Part shown: positions 1 to 13,135 of the stretch, in pieces
Position numbering within the stretch: the stretch's first letter is position 1
Layout of the letters: every line of letters begins with the position of its first letter
NCBI GenBank assembly: GCA_951406725.2
Contig: OX597838.1
Location: 43,648,001-43,712,000, forward strand
From: Octopus vulgaris
Lineage: Eukaryota
Length of the DNA stretch: 64,000 nt
Direction of reading: 5' to 3'
Position numbers and translations under genes: made by a program
Notes under the pieces: model-generated
Told to the model about the DNA's origin: nothing
Database searches by the model: none
What the model saw: the letters and a program-made list of their open reading frames with translations, nothing else

Positions 1-57
1 GGGACAGACACTCACACAACTACAGTTTTATATATATAGATATACATAGCGCAGTAG

Positions 58-425
58 TGGTGAGATATGACAGCAAAGAAAAGCATACATTCACTCTCTG
101 CATGCAATTAGACTCGGAAAGTTCGTGAGGAACCCATTGACCCAATTTGCTGACTTTTCCGATAGCACACAGGTGTCAATGAATGGTTGAATGACCAAAT
201 CCAAGCTTCTCTGCTAGTTCCTCAACAGTTACGATGATATTTTGTTCCACCAGGGTTTTCAGGATGTCCTTGTCGAGTTCTACAGATCTTTCAGGATGAG
301 GCTCGTCTTCTAGGCTGTAGTTTATGGCTCGGGATTTCTGGAACCACCATTGACACTGCCTTACGCTTATTGTCCAATCCCCATATACTGCATTAATATT
401 TCTTGTACTTTGCACACATTTATAT
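58..425 (-). pseudogene. Mariner transposase N-terminal fragment (HTH and WVPHEL linker)
   Basis: ORF 176-592(-) reads INAVYGDWTISVRQCQWWFQK...LEDEPHPERS...VEELAEKLGFGHSTIH. Past the stop the same frame continues HLCAIGKVSKLGQWVPHEL (WVPHEL at 119-136), the mariner signature motif. Confidence 0.9.
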
Positions 426-602
426 TCTGTTATTCTTTTATATGTTTCAGCCTTGAGGTTGTGGCCATGCTGGATCATGTGTGTGTGTGTGTGTCTATCT
501 GTCTGTCTGTCTGTATGTATATATGTATATGTATGTGTGTGAACAATAATATTTTCAACAGATGTGTTGCAAATGTATCTGATTGTTCTCAAGCTTCAAT
601 AC

Positions 603-728
603 TGTGTGTGTGTGTATGTGTGTGTGTGTATGTATGTATGTATATGTATGTATGTATGTATATGTATGTATGTATGTATGTATGTGTGTATGTATGTATG
701 TGTGTGTGTATGTATGTGTGTGTGTGTA

Positions 729-761
<33 letters not shown>

Positions 762-785
762 ATGTATGTATGTATGAGTGTATGT
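603..785. repeat. (TG)n/(TATG)n compound microsatellite
   Basis: Direct inspection. Confidence 0.95.
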
Positions 786-1457
786 TTACTTTATTACTAA
801 TTGCTCTCTTCCAAGAACATTTTCACTCACTCTTAGCTCTTAGCTTCCCATACATTTTACTCATGTATCTATCAGCGTCATAGACAGAATACTTTCACTT
901 TAGTCTTCCTCAAATCACTCTGTCGCTATTTACTTTCATTTTATTCGTTGCCCACTGTGTGTGTGCGTTTGCGTGTGGTGTAAACCAGACTAAGAAAAGC
1001 ATTTGACACACACACCAGAATGTGAGTTTTCTGTAAATTTTGCTTAATTGGAGTTTAAATTTTAAAAACTGGACCTGGCATGACGCGATGCATTGTACTC
1101 TTAAAAATGCTAGGTAAATTGTAATTGAAGAAATCCTATATTGTAGATTTGTATAACTCCCAAAGGGAGGCAGATAAAATCTGCCTTTTATAATAAGAGA
1201 TACATATATTATTGCTATAATGTTAAACTGCCGTATGTCCAAATTTTGGCTAAATGCGTATTTTTTCAATATTTATTTTTGCTTGCGATAACCGGTTCTT
1301 TTGGTCAAACTGTCGTATCTCCAGCTGCTTCAGATGCCAAGATACGAAAATTGTCAAAGTGTAGGACAACGGTTTTGCTATGGAATGGTGGAACTATTTT
1401 CTCATTTTCTGAAAAAGCAATCTTTTGGACTTATGACACTTTTGCATAATAACAACA

Positions 1458-1510
<53 letters not shown>

Positions 1511-1659
1511 TGTGTGTGTATGTGTGCAACTGGCTTCTTTCAGTTTCATTCTACCAAATCCATTTACATGGCTTTGGTTGGCACAGGGCTATGGCTGAAG
1601 ACACTTGCCCATGATGCTATGCTCTGGGACTGAACATCTTAGTTAGTTAATGTTTTGGC

Positions 1660-2050
1660 TCAAAAAGCAAGGCCATGTAGGGGGACATGGAGTTATGTAC
1701 AGGGTGGTGTTCATGTAAAGAGTTCAGGCCACTTGTGGTCAAGGGAGACTTTGAACCGAGCGGTCGTCGACATCTTCACCATCTCGTCCGGCAGCTTATT
1801 CCACGGATCCGCAACCCGGACGGAGAAAGTCCCTCTCCTTCGATTGAGTTGAAATCGTCGTAGATAAAGCTTTTCAGAATGACCCCGCAGCCGACGCTCT
1901 GGAGCAGGAGTGAAGAGCAGCTCTTTCGAGAGGTTACACTTTCCGCTTATGATGTTGTGAGCAAGAATGAGATCACCACGGCGTCGTCGTTTTTCTAGAG
2001 AATAAAGGTCGAGCGTCTTCGGCCTGTCTTCGTAAGACAAATTCTTGAGA
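1660..2050 (-). mobile_element. CR1/L2-group LINE 3' fragment
   Basis: LSYEDRPKTLDLYSLEKRRRRGDLI...RGHSEKL...RRGTFSVRVADPWNKLP is the typical CR1-type ORF2 C-terminus. Confidence 0.88.
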
Positions 2051-2539
2051 CGAAGAGCCTTGTTGCTGGGAAGCAAGCTTCTTACCACGTAGCCATGCCT
2101 GCACCTATTAATTCCGTTACGTGGCCAGTATGCACACCCCCTCCCCCCACCCTTGTATATGTCCTTTCCTTCTTCTTGATGCATTCGTGCATTTTGTGTA
2201 TTTATTTATTTTTCATTTATTTGATTTTTATGCATTTTCTGTTTTTTTTTTGCTTATAATATTTATTACAGCTCTACCATTTCTTTCCAGATCAAACTGG
2301 TGATGGACGTACTTCTTTGAATGAGAAATATGGCTATTGATCTCTCCAAGATTCCATTCTCCACCCCCACCCCCACCCCCCACTGGAACATTTCAAATCT
2401 CCATGAACTACTGATGCATTAAAACATTTCCAAACAAAACTCGCCTCTGTTTTAGTAAAACTCTTTCTTCTTCTCTATATGTGTATACACACACATGAAA
2501 ATATATAGGTGTGTGTATATATATATATACACACACACA

Positions 2540-2724
2540 CGAGGAGGTGTGGAACTTTTTCTGGCATTAAGGGTCTCACAAAAGGCCTTCTGAGTTCTTT
2601 AAGGACTGCTGCAGTAAGTGTGTGAATCTGAGGAGAATATGTTGAATAAAATCATTATTATTAATAACTGATCCTCCTGTATTTTCTTTTATCCAAAGCC
2701 AGGAACTTTTCAGCACCCCTTGTA
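2540..2724 (+). mobile_element. Mariner-derived 3' end / MITE remnant
   Basis: KCVNLR-EYVE*-like transposase end followed by TIR-like GCCAGGAACTTTTCAGCACCCCT and TA. Confidence 0.55.
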
Positions 2725-2794
2725 TAAGTGTGTGTATATATATCTATCTATATCATCATCATCATTGTCATTCAATGTCTGTTCTCCATGCTGG

Positions 2795-3128
2795 CAGGAG
2801 TTGGACTGTTTGACAGGAGTTGGACAATTTGACAGGAGTTGGACAGTTTGACAGGAGTTGGACAGTTTGACAGGAGTTGGACAGTTTGACAGGAATTGGA
2901 CAGCTTGACAGGAGTTGGACAGTTTGACAGAAATTGGACAGTTTGACAGGAGTTGGACAGTTTGACAGGAGTTGGACAGTTTGACAGGAGTTTGACAGTT
3001 TGACAGGAATTGGACAGTTTGACAGGAATTGGACAGTTTGACAGGAATTAGACAGTTTGACAGGAATTGGACAGTTTGACAGGAATTAGACAATTTGACA
3101 GGAATTGGACGGTTTGACAGGAGTTGGC
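2795..3128. repeat. 19-bp minisatellite (CAGGAGTTGGACAGTTTGA), about 17.5 copies
   Basis: Head-to-tail repeat with no spacers, embedded in a copy of the interspersed repeat also seen at 3428-3870. Confidence 0.95.
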
Positions 3129-3395
3129 CAGCTGAAGAGCTGCTCAGGCTCCCTGTCTGATTTGGCAACCATTTCACAGTGTGCCAGGTGCTTTTATGCA
3201 GTACTAGCACAGGAGCTCTTATCTGGCACTGGCATGCATCCTTTTAATGTATAGCATCAGTACCCAAGAACCCACAAGATTAGGGGTTTATTCGTTTGAC
3301 TTAAAAATTCTTCCAGCTTGTGTCCCAGCATGGTTGCATCATAACTACAGCAGAAACTAGTAACATATATATATATATACACTCACATACACACA

Positions 3396-3427
<32 letters not shown>

Positions 3428-3428
<1 letters not shown>

Positions 3429-3870
3429 CATCATCATCGTTTAATGCCTGTTTTCCATGCTAGCATGGGGTGGATGGTTTGATCGGGGGCTGCACCAGAC
3501 TCCAGTCTGATCTGGCAGTGTTTCTACAGCTGGATGCCCTTCCTAACGCCAACCACTCCAAGAGTGTAGTGGGTGCTTTTTACATGTCACTGGCACAGGT
3601 GCCTGGGGAGGCTGGAAATGGCCACGTTCGGTTGGTGCTTGTTACGTGCCACCGGCACGGAAACCAATCAAGGCGGCACTGGCATCAGCCACGTTTGGAT
3701 GGTGCTTTTTACGTGCCACTGGCACAGGTATCACAACTACAATTTCCATTTGATTTTATTTTGATGTTGATGTATTTGACTCAATAGGTCTCCTCAAGCA
3801 CAGCGGGTCACCCTACGATCCAAGGTTAGCACAGCAGGCCGTCCTGCGATCCAAGGTACTTTGGATGGGA
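3428..3870. mobile_element. Interspersed repeat with (TCA)n end, SINE or LINE-tail-like
   Basis: TCATCATCGTTTAATG...CCATGCTAGCATGGG start shared with 2755-2800; internal GTGCTTTTTACGTGCCACTGGCAC sub-repeats. Confidence 0.55.
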
Positions 3871-3889
3871 TATATATATGTATATATAT

Positions 3890-4540
3890 ATAAAATTAAA
3901 TAAGGGTAGAAATTGATATTAATCAATTAAAACCAGTGGTCTAGCATATTTAAAAAAATCCGAAGATTAAAAATTTTTTACATACAAAATTTAGAGGATT
4001 GACCACTAAAAGTGGACAACCTGTATACTAGAAATAGATGTCAAAATCGCCATTTTCCACGGAGAATGTGTTCTCAAGAAAAAATTCAGCAAAAAACCAA
4101 AGCGTAAAAATAAGCAAGACAAATGAAAATATATACGAAATAAAAAACGATTACCTATGGACTATCTCAGCGCGCCAAAGTGAAGGCATTTGAAAGATAC
4201 ACATAAATAGAATTTATGGAACTCTATACAATGCTGGATTTCAGTCGAGCGCCCTGTATCTAGTTCTAGAAATTATGCTTCATAAATGACAGATGATGCT
4301 GATGATCTTACAGACGTTTATGTATTCATATTCGTAAATTATTAACAAGTGAAACTAATTAGTCCATAGGTAATCGTTTTTTATTTCGTATATATGCACT
4401 TGTCTTGCTTATTTTTACGCTTTGGTTCTTTTGCTGAATTTTTTCTTGAGAACACAATCTCTGTGGAAAATGGCGATTTTGACATCTATTTCTAGTATAC
4501 AGGCTGTCCACTTTTAGTGGTCAATCCTCTAAATTTTGTA
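3890..4540 (+). mobile_element. PLE-derived non-autonomous element with inverted arms and a hammerhead motif
   Basis: Inverted arms 3983-4164 and 4360-4540; CTGATGA at 4299-4305 and GAAAC-TAATTA-GTC at 4351-4364; flanked by (TA)n. Confidence 0.65.
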
Positions 4541-5138
4541 TATATATATATATATACACACACACTCTCGTGTTTGTATGTGCATGTATGTACACAGTAT
4601 ATAGTTGAGTATGAGTCCCCTACCCAAATTCTTCAGTTAAAATCAAGTTTGGAAGTGTGTGTCTTCCACCCCAGTAAATGGCTGTGTGGTTAAGAACTTT
4701 GCTTTGCTACTTGGTCATTTCTGGTTCAGTCTCAGTGTGCAGCATCTTCCTGGCCCTGTTATGAGATTTTTCTGAGGACTCATTCACCTTTCTTTTCGCA
4801 TCTGCCGTTTTCTTTACTCTGGCATCTCCTCAATCTCTCCACACCTTACTTTGGTCATGTCATTGTTGATTGGGGCAGCCACACAGCAACCACTTTCTTC
4901 TGATGTTTCCATCGTTTGGTGTGGGCTTTTATTTATTTATTCATTTTGTATTCTTGGAAAGATGATTCTTTGAGATCAAAGAGTTCTTCGCACATATCCA
5001 GATATTCCCACAAGGTGGCTCCACTGCTGAGTATAGGATTAAAATAGTTGTTATCTCTAAATTTAACTGTTATCTTTGTGGCATATTTTTATTTCAATTA
5101 GTTACCCTAACCCTATCACAAGCTATTTTATACACTAA

Positions 5139-5892
<754 letters not shown>

Positions 5893-5894
5893 CG

Positions 5895-6345
5895 TTGTTA
5901 TACTTGGGGATGGTAATATTTTCGTCAATTAAATGCATACTATTTATTTGGTCTTCACTTTAATTTTATTATTATTATTATTATCATTATTAGTTTATAT
6001 GTCCATCAAATTTCTTTTGTTACACATTCTGTGAGCTCACAAATGACTCTGTCTCATGTGTCTCCTCTTGTCCTGCTTATTCCATTTCGTCCTTGGTATA
6101 TCACAGAAGGACAAAATGGAATAAGCAGGGCAAAAAGGGACACATGGGACAGAGAGCCACTGATGAGGTCGCAGAGTGTGTCATGAATGAACTTTGATAA
6201 ATAAACTAAAAACAATGATAACAAGACTAAAGGGAAGATCAAATAAATAGTGCGTGTGTTTAAGTGGCAAAAGATGACCCCTGCCCTCCAAGTATAACAA
6301 TATCTGCTTCAACACACGATTTCACATCAAGAATCTCGTATATCT
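5895..6345. mobile_element. Rod-like foldback element (same family as 17087-17476)
   Basis: Imperfect palindrome 5895-6300 centred near 6100; termini TTGTTATACTTGG...CCAAGTATAACAA plus tail TCAACACACGATTTCACATCAAGAATCT shared with the other copy. Confidence 0.7.
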
Positions 6346-6370
6346 AACACTTGTAAAACAAATGCATAAA

Positions 6371-6403
<33 letters not shown>

Positions 6404-6810
6404 TAACGAAGGCAGCTTTACGCATTATAAAAACAAAAAGGATAAATTCAATTGTCACTGATTGTGCCTGAGGGTGCTAGGTAGCACCCACCACCCTCAG
6501 TCACAATTAGAGAAAGTGTATATATATATATATAAAATTTCGTTTTTGGATTTGGTTTGCAAGATTTTTATGTGAGTTCGTGTGTTGAGAGTCAAAACTA
6601 TTGAAAAGGTTGCAAGACGCAACGAAAATTTTAGAAAAACAAAAAAGAAATAAGTGGAAATTTTACCTGTGTGTGTGTTAAATTATAAGGCACTAAAAGA
6701 GAATGACTCTCCCCAGACACAACAGAATATACATGCATGCATGCATACACACATACACACATACATACATACACACATACATACATACACACATACATAC
6801 ATACATACAT

Positions 6811-7235
6811 AACAGGCCAGATATTGTTGTTTGGGACAGAGGGGCAAAGGTATGTACCATCATAGAAGTCAGTTGCCATGCAGATATAAATATTTCTTTG
6901 AAAATCAAAGAAAAATTAGATATCTAGGGACAGCTGCTTCGAAACCTCCAGCTTCTATATTCAGACTATGAATTCATATTCATTCCAATAATTACTGGAG
7001 CACTAGGTTTTGTTAGTAAATGCTTAAAGGAGAATCTGGATAAACTGAGATTTTCAAAAAGAGAAATCGACTGGCTAATTCGTACGTTAGACGTGCAGTC
7101 TGTAAGAGGAACAGTAAAAATATGCAAGACTTTTCTCAAGTTCCAAATGTGAATTTGTCTGTGTTAACTGCATCCCAAAGATGGAGCCTTGTATCTTTGT
7201 TGGAAACCGGATCCGTCCTCAGTGGAAGATATTTA
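6811..7235 (+). mobile_element. RLE-type (R2/R4/NeSL group) non-LTR retrotransposon 3' fragment
   Basis: NRPDIVVWD...IIEVSC...KEKLD.*...IPIITGALG...VRGTVKICKTFL matches the PD-(D/E)xK restriction-like endonuclease domain; one in-frame stop. Confidence 0.85.
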
Positions 7236-7265
7236 ATCATACATATATGCATACATACTTATATT

Positions 7266-7331
<66 letters not shown>

Positions 7332-8184
7332 ATGAAAGAATACATTGTTATGAGTGGTTGGCGTCACTGGTGTAAGGTAGTGATATGGTTAGAAGAGAAA
7401 TGGTTAAAAGCGAATGTTTAAGTGCGTCACATTAATTAAGCTTAGAATAGTCGTAGGCCACGTGACAGCACCAGAGATATCTGTATAAGCCTGGACAGAC
7501 AAATGAGGACCATTTCTCTACTTCTCAACAACAGACCATAATGACCTCCTTAATCACAGCTGGGGGTCATTAAAGTCCAAACTGCTGACATCACGCTGGC
7601 TACATTAGCGTAGATGGTGAATGCATGGGACGAACAATGAAAACTGATTGTCCTGGAGTTGTGGAATGTAAATTGAGCCGAGTGTTTGGAGCAGCATCTT
7701 CGGGAAACTAACCAATCACCGTACTGCCTACCACTTACGCAAGTCACGTAGACTTCGTAATTACCAGGAAACAGGATAGAAACATGATTGCGAATGCTGA
7801 GTGTGAATATTTAGTATTTACAGCCACCTGTCCGTCATTGTAAGCGCACTTACAATGTGCCACTTAGCATGGACTAGTAATTAGGGACATAGATGTCGGA
7901 AGTAAATCGACTAAGAGACATGGGATAGTGAGGGGAAGGAAGATACGGAAGCTGAATTATCGCTGGACACCCGTAGGTTCTAGAAGAACAAGGTGGTACG
8001 TATGTTGAGGAGAAGAAGATAGAGAGATCTCGTTCTCAAATGGAAACTTTTACGAGATTTGCCAGCTGTGAGCCAAAGCCTGGATCTGCGCACGGAGTAA
8101 GATTCCAACTCGAACGAAGGCAACAATGGTGTTATAGCAATACACCAGATTGAGCTGCGTGAGCTGAACCTAACCCGAACGATT

Positions 8185-8470
8185 TTTAATCATTTGACTG
8201 CGGCCATGTCTTTAGTCGAACAAACCGACCCTAGGACTTATTCATTGTAAGTCTAGTACTTATTCTGTCAGCCTCTTTTGCCGAACCGCTAGGTTTCGGC
8301 GACGTAAACACACCAACATCGGTTGTCAAGCGATGGTGAGGGGACAAACACAGACACACAAACATTCATATACATACACATATATACGACGGGCAAGGCT
8401 TTGGTCGGCCCGAGGCCATAGTAGAAGACACTTGCTCAAGGTGTTATGCAGCGGGACTGAACCCGGAACC
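8185..8470 (-). mobile_element. SINE family A (partial)
   Basis: Shares CATTTGACTGCGGCCATG, GCCGAACCGCT and GGGACTGAACCCGGAACC with the other family A copies. Confidence 0.85.
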
Positions 8471-8579
8471 ATATATATGTTGAAGGAAAGAAAATGGAGA
8501 AAATTGGATGTATGAAAAATTTATTTGTATGTTAAAAAATGTTGAAAATTTTCTTTTAAAAACATTACAATACATATAA

Positions 8580-8704
8580 AAAAACCCGACATATGTTTCT
8601 GTGCTATCCCATAATTAATTAGAAATTCGAAGCATATGGTTCGAAAAGAACCAAGAAAAAAGTCATATTCTAACTATATGTGGTACAACTTCTTCAGGGT
8701 TTTT
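8580..8704 (-). ncRNA. Type I hammerhead ribozyme motif (long stem II insert)
   Basis: Minus strand: AAAAACC-CUGAAGA...GAAAC-AUAU-GUC-GGGUUUU; palindromic stem III ACAUAUGU. Confidence 0.6.
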
Positions 8705-8818
8705 GTGAACTTGTAGGGTTTAGGTTATCATTATTGAAGGATGCATGGAGAGTTTTATGATAGCCTGTACCTGCATCCTTCGAATTTATAATTACCTATG
8801 GGATAGCAGAGAAACATA

Positions 8819-9878
8819 CACTGGCGAAAATAAATTTAAGACCGATGATAAAAGTTCTATTTCTTACAAAATATTTTGTTACTAACACCATACAAATTAT
8901 TTCTATCTTTTACTCCTTATGAAGAATTTATTTGCAGATAATAACTATTTTTATACAACTTGAAGAATTCTAATGCTAAATTAATATAAACGTTTCAAAT
9001 TTACCGGCAAAATTAGTTGAAGACCGTATCATTATAATTTTATTTAAAGCTTAAGATTGTAGCAAAAATGAGCAACAAGAACGAAATACATATTAGTACT
9101 TTGTGCCGTAGCCTTCATTCTTAATAATTAGGGAACAACGCCTCGGCATTGAATTCGCTAAGTGATTACAAAATTCTATGGGAATGTTTTGCCATATTTC
9201 ATTGATATAATCGAATAATTGTTTTAGATTAGATGTTTTTTTAGCATAGACTTTTTTGGAAACATAATTCCACAAGTTTTCGATCGGATTCAGGTCTGGG
9301 CTCTGGGGAGGCCATTCGATTACGTCAATATTATGGTGATCAAAAAATTCCATAACCTTTTTGGCTTTGTATATAACCTACACTATTTAGCTTTCCATCA
9401 ACTTTAACTAGAGGTCCAACACTAAAAGTACTAAATGCCGCCCACACCATCACCCCCACTGCTTGCGTCGTCTTTTTCATGCATTTCGGATGGAATTCCT
9501 CGGTTGGGCGACGTCTGACGTATGTTTTACCATCTGATCCAAATATACAGAAGCGTGACTCGTCACTCCAAAGGACCCTGCACCAATTTTCGGCAGTCCT
9601 TTGAGCATGGCTTTTTGCGAAATTAAGGCGTTTGAGTCGATTTCTTTCGGATATTATTGGTTTTTTTCCCTAGCGATTCGTCCATGTAGTCCAAATTTGC
9701 ATACATACTACATGGTCTTAAACTAATTTTGCTGGTAAATTTGAAACGTTTATATTAATTTAACATTAGAATGCTTCAAGTTGTATAAAAATAGTTATTA
9801 TCTGCATCATTCGAAAGAAATAAATTCTGCATAAGGTGTAAAAGATAAAAATAATTTGTATGGTGTTAATAACAAAAT

Positions 9879-9880
<2 letters not shown>
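8819..9880 (-). mobile_element. Tc1-like (DD34E) transposon, IR/DR type, internally deleted
   Basis: TIRs about 200 bp (8819-9027 and 9710-9880); the left TIR has outer and inner repeats CTGGCGAAAAT..AAGACC / CCGGCAAAATT..AAGACC. Transposase pieces VLWSDESRF and WPPQSPDLNPIENLW (9093-9353). Confidence 0.92.
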
Positions 9881-9947
<67 letters not shown>

Positions 9948-9975
9948 CATATACATACACACACACACGCACATA

Positions 9976-10007
<32 letters not shown>

Positions 10008-10016
<9 letters not shown>

Positions 10017-10320
10017 CACGTGATCACGTGACCGACCAGACCATCAGATGTTGTTACACATCGCTGGTCACAATGCGTTCGCACTGTTTTAGCCTTCGAA
10101 TGACGCCACCCCGCTGGCTAAGCGAGCAGACCAACAGAAGAAAGAGTGGGAGAAAGAGTGGTGAAAGAGTACAGCAGGGATCGCCACCATCCCCTGCCGG
10201 AGCCTCGTGGAGCTTTTAGGTGTTTTCGCTCCATAAACACTCACAACGCCCGGTCTGGGAATCGAAACCGCGATCCTGCGACCGCGAGTCCGCTGCCCTA
10301 ACCACTAGGCCATTGCGCCT

Positions 10321-10323
<3 letters not shown>
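10008..10323 (-). mobile_element. SINE family C (tRNA-derived head)
   Basis: Minus strand GGAGGCGCAATGGCCTAGTGGTTAGGG...GGTTTCGATTCCC (A and B boxes); homologous to 19125, 23083 and 28045. Confidence 0.85.
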
Positions 10324-10374
<51 letters not shown>

Positions 10375-11095
10375 GACAAGGTGTAAGTGATGGTCATTAC
10401 ATATTTCTTTATTCCACTGAATTCGACTTACAGCAGTTTCCGCTAATCTTTAACGGTTCGGTATTGATTGTTTTAGTCAATCGACCTATTGGCTGGCTGA
10501 GAAAAACTGAACGACCAAGGGAATTAGAGCCACTCTTGTTAGAGTCATTTTGGGTTATAGCCAAACCGAACAGTGAAGGAATGGTATAGGCAAGGGGGTG
10601 ACGGGGGCGGGGAGAGGCAATAAGCATGAGTATAATGTTAGGGGAAGAGAGATGTGTATGTACGTGGTATGTCTTTTATTTTCTGTTCGTTCCAGCATCA
10701 CCAACACTACCGCCGCCATCATCTTGTAAGCGATGTTGGTTTGTTTACGTCCCCGTGAATTATCAGTTTAACCTAAGAGACTGATAGAATAAGTAGCAGG
10801 TTTAAAAAACAAAAACAAAAACTGTACTGGGGTTGATTTTTACGACCAGCCCCACGAGGTAGTGCACCAGCATAACCGCACTCCTATGATTGAAACGGGG
10901 AAAAGGGAGGAGAGAACCCCCCCCCCCCTGTAGTTACGTAGAACAGACGGCGATTGGTTGGTAGCAAAAAGGAAGCAATGGCATTTTAATGACATTCCAA
11001 ATAATTTCTGCACAATTCCAGTTCCATTGTTCTCCAGAGAAATATCTACCGCGCATTGGTTAATTAGAAAAAAAAAATGAATAAATAAATATATA

Positions 11096-11264
11096 GGCGC
11101 AGGAGTGGCTGTGTGGTAAGTAGCTTGCTTACCAGCCACATGATTCCAGGTTCATTCCCACTGCATGCCACCGTGGGCAAGTGTCTTCTACTATAGCCTC
11201 AGGCCGACCAAAGCCTTGTGAGTGGATTTGGTAGACGGAAACTGAAAGAAGCCCGTCGTATATA

Positions 11265-11313
<49 letters not shown>

Positions 11314-12335
11314 TAGCATTAAAGACCCGTCGTTGCCGGCTCATAGTGCTAGTGCATGTATATATGTGTATATATATGTGTACATCTACACATAAAATAC
11401 AAAATAAAAAGTTATATCTTGATATCGCTAGTGATAACAATACTCAAAATATATAACACACTGGAATTGTAGGCCCGTCTCTTGTAATTTCGATCAATTG
11501 TATCTTGTCCTCCCTCTTGTATAGAAGTGTGGCTACAATCCAGCCTACCTCTACTTCGGGGTGGGGGGAATTTTAAATTTTTTCCGGGACGTCCTACGTC
11601 CCAGATATAAAGGTAAAAATAAAATATTTCCACTTTGCAAGTTCGAGTCGAGTACTCCCTTGCACGCTCCGTTGACTCGAACCTAGCTTTTATTGTGGCG
11701 AATTTACCGCCTCTGATTAGATACCTTTCATAGTCGCACCAAGGCACTTTTCGAAGGTGCTTTCCTCCATGTGTTCAAATCTTCTTTTTTCTCTACATTG
11801 TATACTTTATAGACAATAGTGTTTTCTTTAATTTAAATTTTTTATTATCCATCTGGACTATTCCATTTCTGCACGCTAATTTTATTCCCATTCATGTGAA
11901 ACCACTTATTCAAGTTCAAGTCATTGATGCAATTTTATACTAATTGCTATTTTTACTTTTGTTATGTTACGATTATATTATACTTTAGTTTGATTTTAAT
12001 TATTACTTACTAAATATAATTCAATTGTTATTATTATTTTTTTTGTTAAAATGAAAGTATCTGACATAAAATAGAGAAACGTTTTTGTTTCACTTTTAAC
12101 ACGTAATACTGAAATAGTGGAGAAGATATGATATTGCTATGGGCTCGCTCTAGGCAAGAAGTTGAACATTTTCTTTTTGCCCACGACGAAACTACATGGA
12201 CCACAGACAGAGGCATGTTCTTTAATTGTTTAAAATTTGAATGAAATTGGTTGAGTAGTTCTCAAGTTTTAGGGAAACACACAGACAGACACAGACACAT
12301 TCTCAGTTTTATATATATAAATATATATAACGAAG

Positions 12336-12395
<60 letters not shown>

Positions 12396-12602
12396 GTATG
12401 TGTGTATATGTTTGTGTCTGTGTTTTTCCCCCTAACATCGCTTGACAACCGATGGTGGTGTGTTTGCGTCCCCGTAACTTAGCGGTTCGGCAAAAGAGAA
12501 AGGCTTACAAAGAATAAATCCCGGGGTCGATTTGCTCGACTAAAATGCGGTGCTCCAGCATGGCCGCAGTCAAATGACTGAAACAAGTAAAAGAATAAAA
12601 GA
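11096..12602 (+). mobile_element. SINE family A split by an insertion (head 11096-11260, tail 12395-12602)
   Basis: Head GGCGCAGGAGTGGCTGTGTGGTAAG...GGTTCATTCCC; tail ...GCGGTGCTCCAGCATGGCCGCAGTCAAATGACTGAAAC. Confidence 0.85.
11311..12318 (+). mobile_element. Helentron/HINE (DINE-1-like) non-autonomous element
   Basis: Begins TACTAGCATTAAAGACCCGTCGTTGCCGG and ends CAGACAGACAC...CAGTTTTATATATA. A similar 3' end occurs at 1-40. Inserted in a (TA)n tract. Confidence 0.55.
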
Positions 12603-12939
12603 GAGAGTATATGAGTAAATAAACAATTAAAGGAAAGCTTCAGGCTCGGCCCTTTCTGTTCGTAGCATTCCAAAGGACCCCAATCAACATCCGGGTTCTG
12701 ATTTTTCATTTTTTGTCTCAAAGCATTCAAAATTGGGAAATAAGAATAAAAGAATAAGTATGTTATTTCCTCATTATCGATGCCATGATTCATTGTCATC
12801 ATCCTCATCATTCATCAGTCATCATCGTTATATCATTCAGCCTTGTTGCCCTCGTTGTCATGGCCACCGTCCTCATTCTCTTCCTCCTCCTCCTCCTCGT
12901 CTTTTTTGTCTTCGCCATTCTCATCGCCATCATTATCAT

Positions 12940-13061
12940 AATCGTCGTCATCGTCTTCTTCTTCTTCTTCTTCTTCTTCTTCTTCTTCTTCTTCTTCTTC
13001 TTCTTCTTCTTCTTCTTCTTCTCCTCCTCCTCCTCCGCTTCCTCCTCCTCCCCTCTTCTTC

Positions 13062-13092
<31 letters not shown>

Positions 13093-13135
13093 CTTCTCCT
13101 TCTCCTCCTCCTCCTCCTCCTCCTCCTCCATCTTC
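12940..13135. repeat. (TTC)n/(TCC)n trinucleotide tract
   Basis: Direct inspection. Confidence 0.95.

Noticed and set aside
2795-3128. Possible CRISPR array or repeat-protein ORF (2710-3210)
   Set aside because: Units are head-to-tail with no unique spacers, the context is eukaryotic and there are no cas genes.
7330-8180. Possible solo LTR or unclassified repeat
   Set aside because: No TG...CA boundaries, TSD or PBS that I could establish.
10260-10323. tRNA-like sequences at SINE heads (also 19125, 23083, 11096, 43417)
   Set aside because: A and B boxes are present but run on into SINE bodies; not genuine tRNA genes.
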